In this document: positions 18,617 to 27,352 of the stretch, one piece after another
How the letters are laid out: every line of letters begins with the position of its first letter
How positions within the stretch are numbered: the first letter of the stretch is position 1
DNA from: Vulcanimicrobiales bacterium
GTDB taxonomy: Bacteria; Vulcanimicrobiota; Vulcanimicrobiia; Vulcanimicrobiales; Vulcanimicrobiaceae
DNA: 64,000 bases
Direction: 5' to 3'
Assembly (NCBI GenBank): GCA_038231455.1
Contig: JBBRLI010000001.1
Location: 288,001-352,000, forward strand
The notes under the pieces: generated by a model
Databases searched by the model: none
What the model was told of the DNA's origin: nothing
The model's input: the letters and a program-made list of their open reading frames with translations, nothing else
Translations under genes and position numbers: made by a program

Positions 18617-20512
18617 TCATTCTTCGAGTGTCGTGATATCGCCGATGGCTTGGCCCGTTTCTTGCGCTTTGAGCAGTCTGCGCATGATCTTGCCACTGCG
18701 CGTTTTGGGAAGCTTCGCGACAAATTCGAGTTCGGCTGGTGCCCCGATCGGACCGAGGTGATAGCGTACATGCTCGATGAGCGCCACGCGCAGCTCGTCA
18801 CTTGCGGTGAAGCCGGAGCGCAAGACAACGAAGGCTTTGATCACCTCGCTCTTGATCGGATCGGGTTTGCCGATCACGGCTGCCTCGCCGCACGCGTGGT
18901 GCGAAACGAGCGCACTCTCGACATCGGCGGTCGCAATACGGTGGCCGGCAACGTTGAGAACGTCATCCGCGCGCCCGAGCACCGAAAGATACCCTTGCGC
19001 ATCCATCGTCGCGACGTCGCCTGCGAAATACGCGCCCGGCACGGTGTTGAAGTACGCAGCGTAGCGCGAATCATCTCCATAAATCCCGGCGAACATGTGC
19101 GGGAGCGATTGGCGGATGATCAAAAAACCGCCGCTACCGGGCGGGACGTTGTTGCCTTCTTTGTCGACGATCGCGAACGCGACGGGGCCAAGCGCCTTCC
19201 CGCTGCGGTCGGGCCGCACGGCCGAGGTGGGGAAATATCCAAGTGCCGGCGCCGCGATTTCCGTCTGCCACCACTGATTGCAAACGGCGACGTTCTGCTT
19301 GCCGATCGTGTCCCACAAAAAGTGCCAAGCTTCCGGGTTGAGCGGTTCGCCCGCGCAGAAAATCGCTTGAAGGCTCGTGAGATCGTGTTGTGCCGGAAGC
19401 GCAGCGCCAAAACGCATGAGCATCCGCGCGAGCGTCGGCGCGGTATAGAACTTGGTGATCTTATGCGCTTCGATGAATTGGTACGTTGACGCGGGCGTCG
19501 GATAGTCGGGCGCGCCTTCGCGCAGATAGCAGTGCAGACGATTCGCCAGCGGTCCGTAGACGATGAGCGAGTGGCCGACGATCCAGCCAATATCGCTCGT
19601 GCACCAAAAGCGGTCGGCCGGCTTCAGGCCGGTCGAATCCGCAAGCAGCGCCGTGGTTCCGACAAGATAGCCGCCGTGTGTCATCACGACGCCTTTGGGT
19701 TTGCCTGTCGTGCCGCTGGTATAGAGCATGAAGAGCGGATGTTCGGCATCGACGATCGTCGCATCACGCACCGTCGATTGACCGTCGCAGTAGACTTCAA
19801 AATTGACTTCGCGTGCGCCGAGTGTCGGCTGCGTCGCTTCGCGTCGCCACACGACGACGCGCCGGACGACCGCGAGGTCGCGCACGGCATCATCGACGAT
19901 CCCTTTGAGATCGACGGCTTTCCCACGGCGGTACGTGACGTCGGCGACGATCACGACCTGTGCTTGCGCATCGGCAATCCGGTCGCGCAGCGCCGTCGCA
20001 CCTAAGCCCGCGTATATGACGCTATGCACCGCACCGACCCGCGCGCACGCGAGCATTGCAACGATGCCTTCGATTGCAAGCGGCATGTAGATGCAGATGC
20101 GATCGCCCGGTTTCACTCCATCGCCGTCGAGGGCGTTCGCGAGTTGATTGACGCGCGCGAGCAACCCCGCGTAGGTGATCTTCTCGCTCGTCCCATTCTC
20201 GCAAAAGTAATCGTAGGCTACGGCATCGGGATGTGATGCGGCGTGACGATCCAGGCACGACACCGTTGCATTCAGACGCCCGTCAGAAAACCAGTGCGGG
20301 TCGCCGATCGAACCGGCAAACGTCGCGGTCGGTTTACGCTCCCAGACGATCCGACCCGCGCGCTCGCGCCAATAGCCATCGACGTCATCGAATGCATGCG
20401 CGTTGTACTCCGCTTGCGTTTGCGCTCCGAACCAGCTTGCGGCGCTAGCGGGTGCGGAAAACTCTTCTCCGGTGGCGAGCAATCCTTCGATAAGGTCCGG
20501 ACGATCGTTCAC
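18617..20512 (-). CDS. acs: Acetyl-CoA synthetase (acetate-CoA ligase)
   Basis: YTSGTTGKPKG, WWQTE, GRADDVLN, PKTRSGKIMRR. Confidence 0.9.
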   Translation of the reverse strand: MNDRPDLIEGLLATGEEFSAPASAASWFGAQTQAEYNAHAFDDVDGYWRERAGRIVWERKPTATFAGSIGDPHWFSDGRLNATVSCLDRHAASHPDAVAYDYFCENGTSEKITYAGLLARVNQLANALDGDGVKPGDRICIYMPLAIEGIVAMLACARVGAVHSVIYAGLGATALRDRIADAQAQVVIVADVTYRRGKAVDLKGIVDDAVRDLAVVRRVVVWRREATQPTLGAREVNFEVYCDGQSTVRDATIVDAEHPLFMLYTSGTTGKPKGVVMTHGGYLVGTTALLADSTGLKPADRFWCTSDIGWIVGHSLIVYGPLANRLHCYLREGAPDYPTPASTYQFIEAHKITKFYTAPTLARMLMRFGAALPAQHDLTSLQAIFCAGEPLNPEAWHFLWDTIGKQNVAVCNQWWQTEIAAPALGYFPTSAVRPDRSGKALGPVAFAIVDKEGNNVPPGSGGFLIIRQSLPHMFAGIYGDDSRYAAYFNTVPGAYFAGDVATMDAQGYLSVLGRADDVLNVAGHRIATADVESALVSHHACGEAAVIGKPDPIKSEVIKAFVVLRSGFTASDELRVALIEHVRYHLGPIGAPAELEFVAKLPKTRSGKIMRRLLKAQETGQAIGDITTLEE

Positions 20513-20521
20513 GGTGTGTCC

Positions 20522-21349
20522 TTACGGTTTGATGAAATCGTGTTGGTCGATCACGAAGCCTTTGGCATTTTGAATGACGTGGAACGTCGCAAAGTACGTT
20601 CCCTTGGCGGCGGCGATCTCGAGCTCGACCGTTGCGCTGCCGTCATCACTTGGCGTCGTTCGAACGCTCGTGATGCGCGCTTTGCTATCGACGAACGACT
20701 CCTCCGGCAGCGAGAGTCCCTTATCGCCCGGCAATCCACCAAGCGCTGCATACGCGCCGACTTCATCGCCGCGTTTGAGCGCATCGATATACCGTCGCAC
20801 GACGGCAACGGCTGGCGTCGCGGGGACCGCCGCAACGGTCTGCGAACTTGGCGTCGCGCTTGCGGGCTTTGCATCGGGCGGAAGGGTCGCGGGCGGTGCG
20901 GGCGAGCGTTTGCGCGCCGGCGTCGCAACGCTCGCCGGAGCCGAGCTCGGCACGATCGTCGGTGCGATCGCGGGCGAAGGACGATCGCTTGGTGCGACGC
21001 TGGCGGCCGAACTCGGCAGAGCGCTCGGCGTCGGCGATGCGCTCGGCTCGCGCGTCGGAGAGGGCAAATCGCTTGGCGTCGGAAGCGGAGAGGGCGTGAT
21101 GCGCGCAACGATCGTCGCGATGACGAGCGGCTTCTTTTGATGCGGCGCCGGCGTTGCTTGTGCGGCGGCCGAAGGAGACGGCGCGACCGCGATGTTTGTG
21201 CCCTCGTCTCGATGCGCGAACAATTTGGAGAGACCGGCACCGATTGCAAGGCCGCCGATCACGATGGCGATCGCGACCGGAACGAGCGGGAGCCAACTCG
21301 AGTTCTTCTTTGCGGCACGCGGGCGGCGCGGAGGTGTTCGACGCGACAT
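20522..21349 (-). CDS. Membrane-anchored Pro/Ser/Ala-rich hypothetical protein
   Basis: Basic N-terminus, one TM helix, PSA-rich linker, small C-terminal domain. Confidence 0.7.
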   Translation of the reverse strand: MSRRTPPRRPRAAKKNSSWLPLVPVAIAIVIGGLAIGAGLSKLFAHRDEGTNIAVAPSPSAAAQATPAPHQKKPLVIATIVARITPSPLPTPSDLPSPTREPSASPTPSALPSSAASVAPSDRPSPAIAPTIVPSSAPASVATPARKRSPAPPATLPPDAKPASATPSSQTVAAVPATPAVAVVRRYIDALKRGDEVGAYAALGGLPGDKGLSLPEESFVDSKARITSVRTTPSDDGSATVELEIAAAKGTYFATFHVIQNAKGFVIDQHDFIKP

Positions 21350-21411
21350 CCTTCCGGCGTTCCAGCGGCGCGTGCATGAAGCCTCGCGGAGCGGCGCGAA
21401 TCGGGTGAGGA

Positions 21412-21720
21412 ATGATTCGGGTTAGCGTGCCGATCGACGTCCGTGCCGTCGTCGAGACCGATTCGCCGGCGTTCGCGCTGGCGACGCCGCTGCGCGTCGA
21501 CGACCTCGTGGCGCTCGCCGTCAACGAAGCACTCGGCCCGCGAGCTCCGCAAGACAAGCGCGCACGCGCGCTCCGCGCGACGCTCGGCGGCTTGCGCGAG
21601 GGCAAGTTCGTCGTCGACGTTGACGGGCGCACGTACCAGCGAGCCGAGGATGTGGTCGTCTGCGCTGGCTCTGTGACCTTGCGTTTTTTCATCGAGCGAG
21701 AATTGCGCGCTCCGCGCTAG
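21412..21720 (+). CDS. Hypothetical protein
   Basis: SD-like GAGG directly upstream; fills the gap before 21727. Confidence 0.6.
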   Translation: MIRVSVPIDVRAVVETDSPAFALATPLRVDDLVALAVNEALGPRAPQDKRARALRATLGGLREGKFVVDVDGRTYQRAEDVVVCAGSVTLRFFIERELRAPR

Positions 21721-21726
21721 AAGCCG

Positions 21727-22473
21727 ATGGAAGATCAACGCCCGAAGCGCGCGCCGCTCGGCTTTAGCAAACTTCTCGATAGCGCGCTTGTCGGTTACAC
21801 CGCGCGAGCGCCGCTTTACGTCCTCGTCGCCATTGGCGTGTTCGCATTTCAACTCATCGCGATGCCGTATTCGGCGTACGATGCGACCGACCAGAAAGCG
21901 CTCATCGGCCTGCTCGTGAATTCGCTTGCCGATTCATTCCTCGTCGCTGTCGTTTGCATCGGTGTCGCACGCGACGCAGCGGGTGAAGCGACGTCGGTCC
22001 CAAGTATTCTCTCGACGGCGCTCGAGCGACTGTGGGCCGTCTTCGTCGTCTTGCTCGTGGTGCAAGTGATCGAAGTGTATTTGCTTCCGGCTGTCACGAC
22101 GCTCGAAGGAAGCTTCTACGGCATCCTCATCGCACCGGCCGCACTCTTCTTCGGTGCCCTGCAGAGCGCGGTCGTTATTGCGAGTATCGATCCCGACGCG
22201 AAGTCCGGCCTGATCGTCGCAAAGAGCTTAGGGCGGAGTTTCTTTCTTTCGCTCTCGGGCGGCAATATGGGTCGGACCGTGCTGATCGGCCTCATCGTTC
22301 TCGCGCCGATCCTGCTCGAGTTCGTCCTCGGCGACGTGCTGCACACCCGTCACATTGCAAACACGAATTTCTGGGCGAGCATTCCGATCGACGCGATCGT
22401 CACCGGGCCGACGTCGGCTCTTGTAGCGGTGTTCTATCTCGACGTCCTCAAGCGAGCGAACGCAGCAACTTAG
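21727..22473 (+). CDS. Multi-pass membrane protein, hypothetical
   Basis: About six hydrophobic segments. Confidence 0.7.
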   Translation: MEDQRPKRAPLGFSKLLDSALVGYTARAPLYVLVAIGVFAFQLIAMPYSAYDATDQKALIGLLVNSLADSFLVAVVCIGVARDAAGEATSVPSILSTALERLWAVFVVLLVVQVIEVYLLPAVTTLEGSFYGILIAPAALFFGALQSAVVIASIDPDAKSGLIVAKSLGRSFFLSLSGGNMGRTVLIGLIVLAPILLEFVLGDVLHTRHIANTNFWASIPIDAIVTGPTSALVAVFYLDVLKRANAAT

Positions 22474-23735
22474 CGCGCAGCCTGATCCTGGTTCTTGCGC
22501 GCGAGGACGAGCTCGGCATACAGGGCGTTCGGCCACGCGAAATCCGCGCGCGTGAACTGTTCGGGCCAATTCGCGTCGTACGATTCGTGCAGCCGGTGAT
22601 CGCCAACATCGGATGCGGCAACATAGCCGAGGACGCGCTCGACTTCGACCGGATCGTCGCTCGTAAGCGCTTGCATCACCAGCGCCAGCGGCCAGATGTA
22701 GTTCTTCGGCGTGTGCGGACTGCCGACACCCTCGCCGTACGAGCCGTGATAGAAATACGGGTTGCGATCGGAGAGCACGAAGGCGCGCGTGGCTTTGTAC
22801 ACCGGATCGCGCGCCGAGAGATACCCAAAGTACGGAATCGAGAGCAGTGAGGGGACATTCGCATCGTCCATGACGTTCGCGTGGCCATAGCCGTCGACTT
22901 CGTAGGCATAGATCGTGCCGATATCGAGATGCACTTTTGCGTTCTGCTCGATCCCGCGTTGCACGTCTTGCGCGAGACCCCACGCGTTCGATGCGGTTTT
23001 TTGATCGCCGTACACGTCGCGTTCGATGTCGCCAAGATACCGCAGCACCACCGACGCGAACATATTAACCGGAATGTTATAGTGATACCGGACCGGATCG
23101 TCGGATGGACGGAAGCCCGTCCAGACCATGCCGGTGAATTTTACCGGCGTGCCCCGACCGTTATGTGCGAGCTGGTTGTTCCGATAGTGCGAGCGCGCAT
23201 CGTGATGCTGCTCGATCCGCAGGGTCTCGACAACGCGGATGAACGCGCGCTGGACCTCCGGCGTAAAGATCGCGCGGTCGCTCGTTTCTTTATAATACAA
23301 GTACGCAAACCAAATCGGATAGAGCAGCGAGTCGACTTCGAACTTCTGCTCGACGACGCGATAATTGGCCGAAAACGCGTTAGCGTACGGGTCGATGAGA
23401 ATGTACTTGGCTTGGCGGGCGACGACGCCTCGCAGCGTCCGCGCGACCTCGGTGTCGTGCACCGCAAGCCCGATGTACGGACGGACGACGGCGCTCGCAT
23501 CGCGTAACCACTCGGCCTCGATGTCGCCCGTCGAGACGTAGGTCGTGCCGTCGCGCTGGTGGCTTGCGTGCTTGTTGATCGCCTCGTCGTAGGCGGTGAG
23601 GTAAATGCGGTCGAGGGTCGCCGTCACCGCGGGTGCGAGCGCAGCGTCCGCCCGTCCAGAAAAAGCGCCCGAAAAACAAATGAGCGCAAATGTGAGTGCA
23701 AACACACGAAATGGGAATACCACTCCCATATTCAT
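22470..23735 (-). CDS. Glycoside hydrolase family 125 (exo-alpha-1,6-mannosidase-like), exported
   Basis: TGDIEAEWLRDAS, DPYANAF, KFEVDSL, GFRPSDD, MDDANVPSLL, FAWPNALY; start 23735 or 23729. Confidence 0.9.
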   Translation of the reverse strand: MNMGVVFPFRVFALTFALICFSGAFSGRADAALAPAVTATLDRIYLTAYDEAINKHASHQRDGTTYVSTGDIEAEWLRDASAVVRPYIGLAVHDTEVARTLRGVVARQAKYILIDPYANAFSANYRVVEQKFEVDSLLYPIWFAYLYYKETSDRAIFTPEVQRAFIRVVETLRIEQHHDARSHYRNNQLAHNGRGTPVKFTGMVWTGFRPSDDPVRYHYNIPVNMFASVVLRYLGDIERDVYGDQKTASNAWGLAQDVQRGIEQNAKVHLDIGTIYAYEVDGYGHANVMDDANVPSLLSIPYFGYLSARDPVYKATRAFVLSDRNPYFYHGSYGEGVGSPHTPKNYIWPLALVMQALTSDDPVEVERVLGYVAASDVGDHRLHESYDANWPEQFTRADFAWPNALYAELVLARKNQDQAAR

Positions 23736-23800
23736 CGGCTCAAATTCGTAGTACGATGAGGACAGAATCGCATTCGCGCACCACGCGCACGGAGACCACG

Positions 23801-24589
23801 ATGACGTTCGTCCGCCCACGATCCACCGCCGCGACGACGCTCGTGCTCGTTGTGTTGCTGACGGCGATCGCATCGGCGGAACAAAAGTACCGGGTCGCCG
23901 GCACCGACAGCTTTCAGATCGGCTCGCGCGACCTGCGCAGCGAGATCTCCTACGACGGCATCCAGACGCTGACCATCTCCACGCGCGGCAAAGCCAAACA
24001 CTACGTCGCCAAGGTCGATTATCTGCGCACCGATCAGGGTGCAAAGGCGCGCGTTCGCGGGTCGTATGAATCGACGGTCGGCGCGAGCGGAGACCAAACC
24101 GATGGTCCCAACCGCGATCCCGACTATCTGACGGTTCTCAACCAACCGTTTGCCGTCCAACTCGATGCATCGACGATTCGCGACCTCTCTCGGCTCCAAG
24201 CGCCGGTACCATTTGATTTTCCGTCCCCGATGACGGGTGCGCCGTTACATGGGTCACTCAAGCACATGAGCGATGGGACACTCGGCGGAATTCGGGTTCT
24301 GGGAGTTGCGTTTTCCGCAACCGGTCAGGTCCACGGGCCGCTCCCCGATCATCCCGGAATGATGCTCGCGGGATCGATCACGATGAACGGAACCGCGTAC
24401 TACACGTACGACTCGGCGCTCCTACTCGCCTTAGATGCCACACTTTCGATCGCGGGAAACCTCGCGAGTTCCGATCGCCACGATCCGGTAACGATCGTCT
24501 ATAAGCGAACGATTCGCGCCGACCAACCGACCGCGCTGCACGAAGCCCGAGCGGCCACCGCAGCACCCGCGCTCATCACCGAACACTAG
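23801..24589 (+). CDS. Exported hypothetical protein
   Basis: GGAG RBS, ATG at 23801, signal peptide ending ASA-E. Confidence 0.7.
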   Translation: MTFVRPRSTAATTLVLVVLLTAIASAEQKYRVAGTDSFQIGSRDLRSEISYDGIQTLTISTRGKAKHYVAKVDYLRTDQGAKARVRGSYESTVGASGDQTDGPNRDPDYLTVLNQPFAVQLDASTIRDLSRLQAPVPFDFPSPMTGAPLHGSLKHMSDGTLGGIRVLGVAFSATGQVHGPLPDHPGMMLAGSITMNGTAYYTYDSALLLALDATLSIAGNLASSDRHDPVTIVYKRTIRADQPTALHEARAATAAPALITEH

Positions 24590-24668
24590 CTTCCACCCGC
24601 AGGCCAGAACGTGCGTTTGGGGTAAAGTCCGAAACTCTTACCACTCGCAGCGCGGTCTAGCCAAACGA

Positions 24669-25328
24669 ATGAGCGCGCTCGCACCACTCCTCGGGGAGTA
24701 CCGATTGACCGTACCGGCGATGTCGCCGGCTTCGATGCGCGCGACGAAAGCGGCACCGAGTCCCGAAACCTTCGAAACGATCGTCGATGACTACCAGCGC
24801 CGCCTCTACGGCTTCGCGCTGCGTATGACGGGTAACCGTGAAGACGCCGAAGAGATCGTTCAGGACGCCTTCGTTCGCGCCTATCGCGCCCTTGCCAAGA
24901 TGGACGCCGAGCAACGAAGCGAGCTGCGCCTGCAGCCCTGGCTCTATACGATCACGCTCAACGTTACGCGCAATCGCTTGCGCTCGAAGCGTCCGACGAA
25001 CGTCGCGCTCGACTCGCTGGCTGATCCCGATGCGCTCCTGAACGAGACCCAAGAGGGTCCCGATCAGCCGGAAGCGATTGTGGAACGCGGCGCCGACATG
25101 GTGCTCGTCGAGCAAGCGCTCCTGCAGCTCCCAATGCATTTACGCGCCGCAGCGACGCTCCGTTTTATCGAAGGCCGAAGCCACCCGGAGATCGCGGAAA
25201 TCTTGAACCAACCAATCGGAACGGTGAAATCGCACGTTCACCGAGCGGTACGCATCCTGCGCCGCATCCTCGGGCCGCAAGTCGGACGCATCGTGCAAAA
25301 CGAGGAGAAGTCCGATGAAATGCTGTGA
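24669..25328 (+). CDS. ECF-family RNA polymerase sigma factor
   Basis: Region 2 DAEEIVQDAFVRAY, WLYTITLN; region 4 EIAEILNQPIGTVKSHVHRA. Confidence 0.93.
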   Translation: MSALAPLLGEYRLTVPAMSPASMRATKAAPSPETFETIVDDYQRRLYGFALRMTGNREDAEEIVQDAFVRAYRALAKMDAEQRSELRLQPWLYTITLNVTRNRLRSKRPTNVALDSLADPDALLNETQEGPDQPEAIVERGADMVLVEQALLQLPMHLRAAATLRFIEGRSHPEIAEILNQPIGTVKSHVHRAVRILRRILGPQVGRIVQNEEKSDEML

Positions 25329-26091
25329 TGTCGAAGCCCTTTGGGACGAAATGCGCGAAGGCATCGAACCCCGTCGCGAACACGTGCTCGCGCATCTGCG
25401 CGGTTGCCCGCCGTGCCAAGACATGTATTCGCAGTACGAGGGCATCGCCTATTGCCTGACGTGCCTCCCAATCGTGGAACCGCCGCAGAGCATGGTGCCG
25501 AAGATCCTCGAGCACATCCGCGAGTCGGTCGCCCGTAAAACCCCGCCGCCCGACAACATCGCAAAGATGGAGTCACCGATCGGTGTCCTCCACGTCGCCT
25601 TCCGTAACACCGGCATCACCTACATCGGCCTCAACCGAGGCGAAGACGACGAAGAACTGATCGCCCGCGTTGCACGCCGCCTCCACCGCGGCCTCGTCCC
25701 CTCAAGCGCCCCGCAGTGGGTCACCGACGTCGTCGCCCGCTTCTTCCGCACGCACACGGTCGAAGCCGACAAGATCGACATCAGCGACCTCACGCCGTTC
25801 GAACAACTCGCGCTGCGAAAAGCCCACGAAATCCCCCCGGGCGAAGTCCGCAGCTACGGCTGGATCGCAAAAGAAATCGGCCACCCCCACGCCGCACGAG
25901 CCGTCGGCCAAACCATGGCCCGCAACCCCGTAGCACTGCTCTTCCCATGCCACCGCGTAGTCGATTCAGCCGGCGATCTCCACAACTACGCATACGGTAT
26001 CGAGATCAAAGCCCGTCTCCTCGAGATGGAAGGCTACCACCGCCCAGCAACGCGATCGACGCTACAAACCACACTACTAAAAATTCAATAA
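25315..26091 (+). CDS. zf-HC2 (ZAS) anti-sigma domain fused to methylated-DNA-protein-cysteine methyltransferase (Ogt/MGMT)
   Basis: N-terminal HLRGCPPC (HxxxCxxC); C-terminal IPPGEVRSYG, ARAVG, NP, PCHRV active site. Confidence 0.88.
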   Translation: MKCCDVEALWDEMREGIEPRREHVLAHLRGCPPCQDMYSQYEGIAYCLTCLPIVEPPQSMVPKILEHIRESVARKTPPPDNIAKMESPIGVLHVAFRNTGITYIGLNRGEDDEELIARVARRLHRGLVPSSAPQWVTDVVARFFRTHTVEADKIDISDLTPFEQLALRKAHEIPPGEVRSYGWIAKEIGHPHAARAVGQTMARNPVALLFPCHRVVDSAGDLHNYAYGIEIKARLLEMEGYHRPATRSTLQTTLLKIQ

Positions 26092-26137
26092 AACAATGCA
26101 GGTCTAGTCGAATCAAAAACGAGAACACCGCTCGTAC

Positions 26138-26272
26138 ATGACATCCGCGGCCCCGCCAGACAACAGAGAATGGCGGTTAACAGACGGATTAGAGGAGGTG
26201 ATCATCGTTACTAGTGACTGTCCCAAACGAACCTCAAAAGTGAACACGATGATTGGAGGTGGCCTGACCTAA
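26138..26272 (+). CDS. Possible 44-aa small ORF (may instead be non-coding RNA)
   Basis: MTSAAPPDNREWRLTDGLEEVIIVTSDCPKRTSKVNTMIGGGLT; followed by a terminator; no clear RBS. Confidence 0.25.
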   Translation: MTSAAPPDNREWRLTDGLEEVIIVTSDCPKRTSKVNTMIGGGLT

Positions 26273-26307
26273 TAAGTCAGTCCACAAACAAAAAACCACT
26301 CAAGTCC

Positions 26308-26334
26308 GCCGGCCGCAACGAGCCGGCTTTTTTT
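26308..26334 (+). terminator. Intrinsic terminator
   Basis: GCCGGC-CGCAACGA-GCCGGC followed by T7. Confidence 0.8.
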
Positions 26335-26431
26335 GCCCAAACCAAAAGCCAAAATCCCTGAAAAAAAAAGCAACCCGCCGTTCAAGCACGCCCACCGAGT
26401 TCGAAGAACGAGTAATCCAAAAATCGTGCCA

Positions 26432-26575
26432 GGCTTCGGTTGGAGTGGGGGTGTGGCGGGGCGTGCGAGCTTTTCGCGGAGCCCGGAGGGCGGGAGCGAA
26501 AAGTCGCCGAGTAAGTTTTTCCCATGGATGGGAAAAACTGGACGCCCCCGCCGCACCCCCACCCCAACCGAAGCC
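26432..26575. repeat. Long imperfect inverted repeat with two internal hairpins (REP/MITE-like element or structured ncRNA)
   Basis: GGCTTCGGTTGGAGTGGGGGTGTGGCGGGGCGT pairs with ACGCCCCCGCCGCACCCCCACCCCAACCGAAGCC; inner stems GCTTTTCGC/GCGAAAAGT and AGTTTTTCCCAT/ATGGGAAAAACT. Confidence 0.75.
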
Positions 26576-26650
26576 CGCCACCCGAGGCAATTACGAAAGA
26601 GACAAACCGCCAACTAGGAAGAAAGGCGGTTTGCGCCAACGTCCCACACC

Positions 26651-27352
26651 GTGTCAAAGCACGTCCTATTAACGGGTTTCGAGCCGTTTGGCCCCCACAA
26701 GGTAAACCCGAGCGAAATGCTCGTGAAGAGCCTCGAAGGACGCCTAATAGCCGGCCGCCTTATCGTTATCCGGGTCTTGCCCTCGGAGACGCGCACCATG
26801 CACGAACGTCTGGAGACGGCTCTTCACGATGAACAGCCGGACCTGATCATCGGCGTCGGTCTTGCCGCCGGCCGCGGGAGCCTCGCGCTCGAACGCCTGG
26901 CCGTAAACGTCCTTGATTTCGACATGCCAGACGCGGTTGGCGTGCAGAAAAAAGATGATGTGATCGCACGCGGCGGACCGGATGCGCGAATCGCATCGAT
27001 CCCGTTCAATGAAATTGTCGATGGCTGGAAAGCCGCCGGCATCCCGGGATATATCTCGAATTCGGCGGGAACATATTTGTGCAATCAGTGGCTCTATGAA
27101 TCGCTGACGCTGGCGAGCGTGGCGGCACCGCCGATTCCGGTCGGCTTCTTACACGTTCCGCTTTTGCCGGGTCAGGCGATGGAAGCCGGCGCTGAGAAAA
27201 CCCCGTCGATGTCGCTCGACACGATGCGCCGAGGACTGGAATCGATGATCGAAACGATCGTGCCGTGGATCGAATCGCGACCGCACGAAAAACTTACCAA
27301 GTCGGGACCGTCCGTTTGGATTCCCCGCGGATTACGAGAAGTTGAACGATAG
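26651..27352 (+). CDS. pcp: Pyroglutamyl-peptidase I
   Basis: LLTGFEPFG, NPS, LERLAVN, SAGTYLCN, GFLHVP. Confidence 0.93.
   Translation: MSKHVLLTGFEPFGPHKVNPSEMLVKSLEGRLIAGRLIVIRVLPSETRTMHERLETALHDEQPDLIIGVGLAAGRGSLALERLAVNVLDFDMPDAVGVQKKDDVIARGGPDARIASIPFNEIVDGWKAAGIPGYISNSAGTYLCNQWLYESLTLASVAAPPIPVGFLHVPLLPGQAMEAGAEKTPSMSLDTMRRGLESMIETIVPWIESRPHEKLTKSGPSVWIPRGLREVER

Noticed and set aside
26121-26137. LexA-like box GAAC...GTAC near the repair gene
   Set aside because: The spacer is 7 nt rather than the 4 nt of Gram-positive-type SOS boxes.
26193-26203. 16S rRNA 3' end fragment on the minus strand (GATCACCTCCT)
   Set aside because: The flanking sequence lacks helix 45 and any other rRNA similarity.
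26269-26672. Several 75-114 aa ORFs across the palindromic element
   Set aside because: They are low-complexity, overlap in many frames and span a terminator and inverted repeats.
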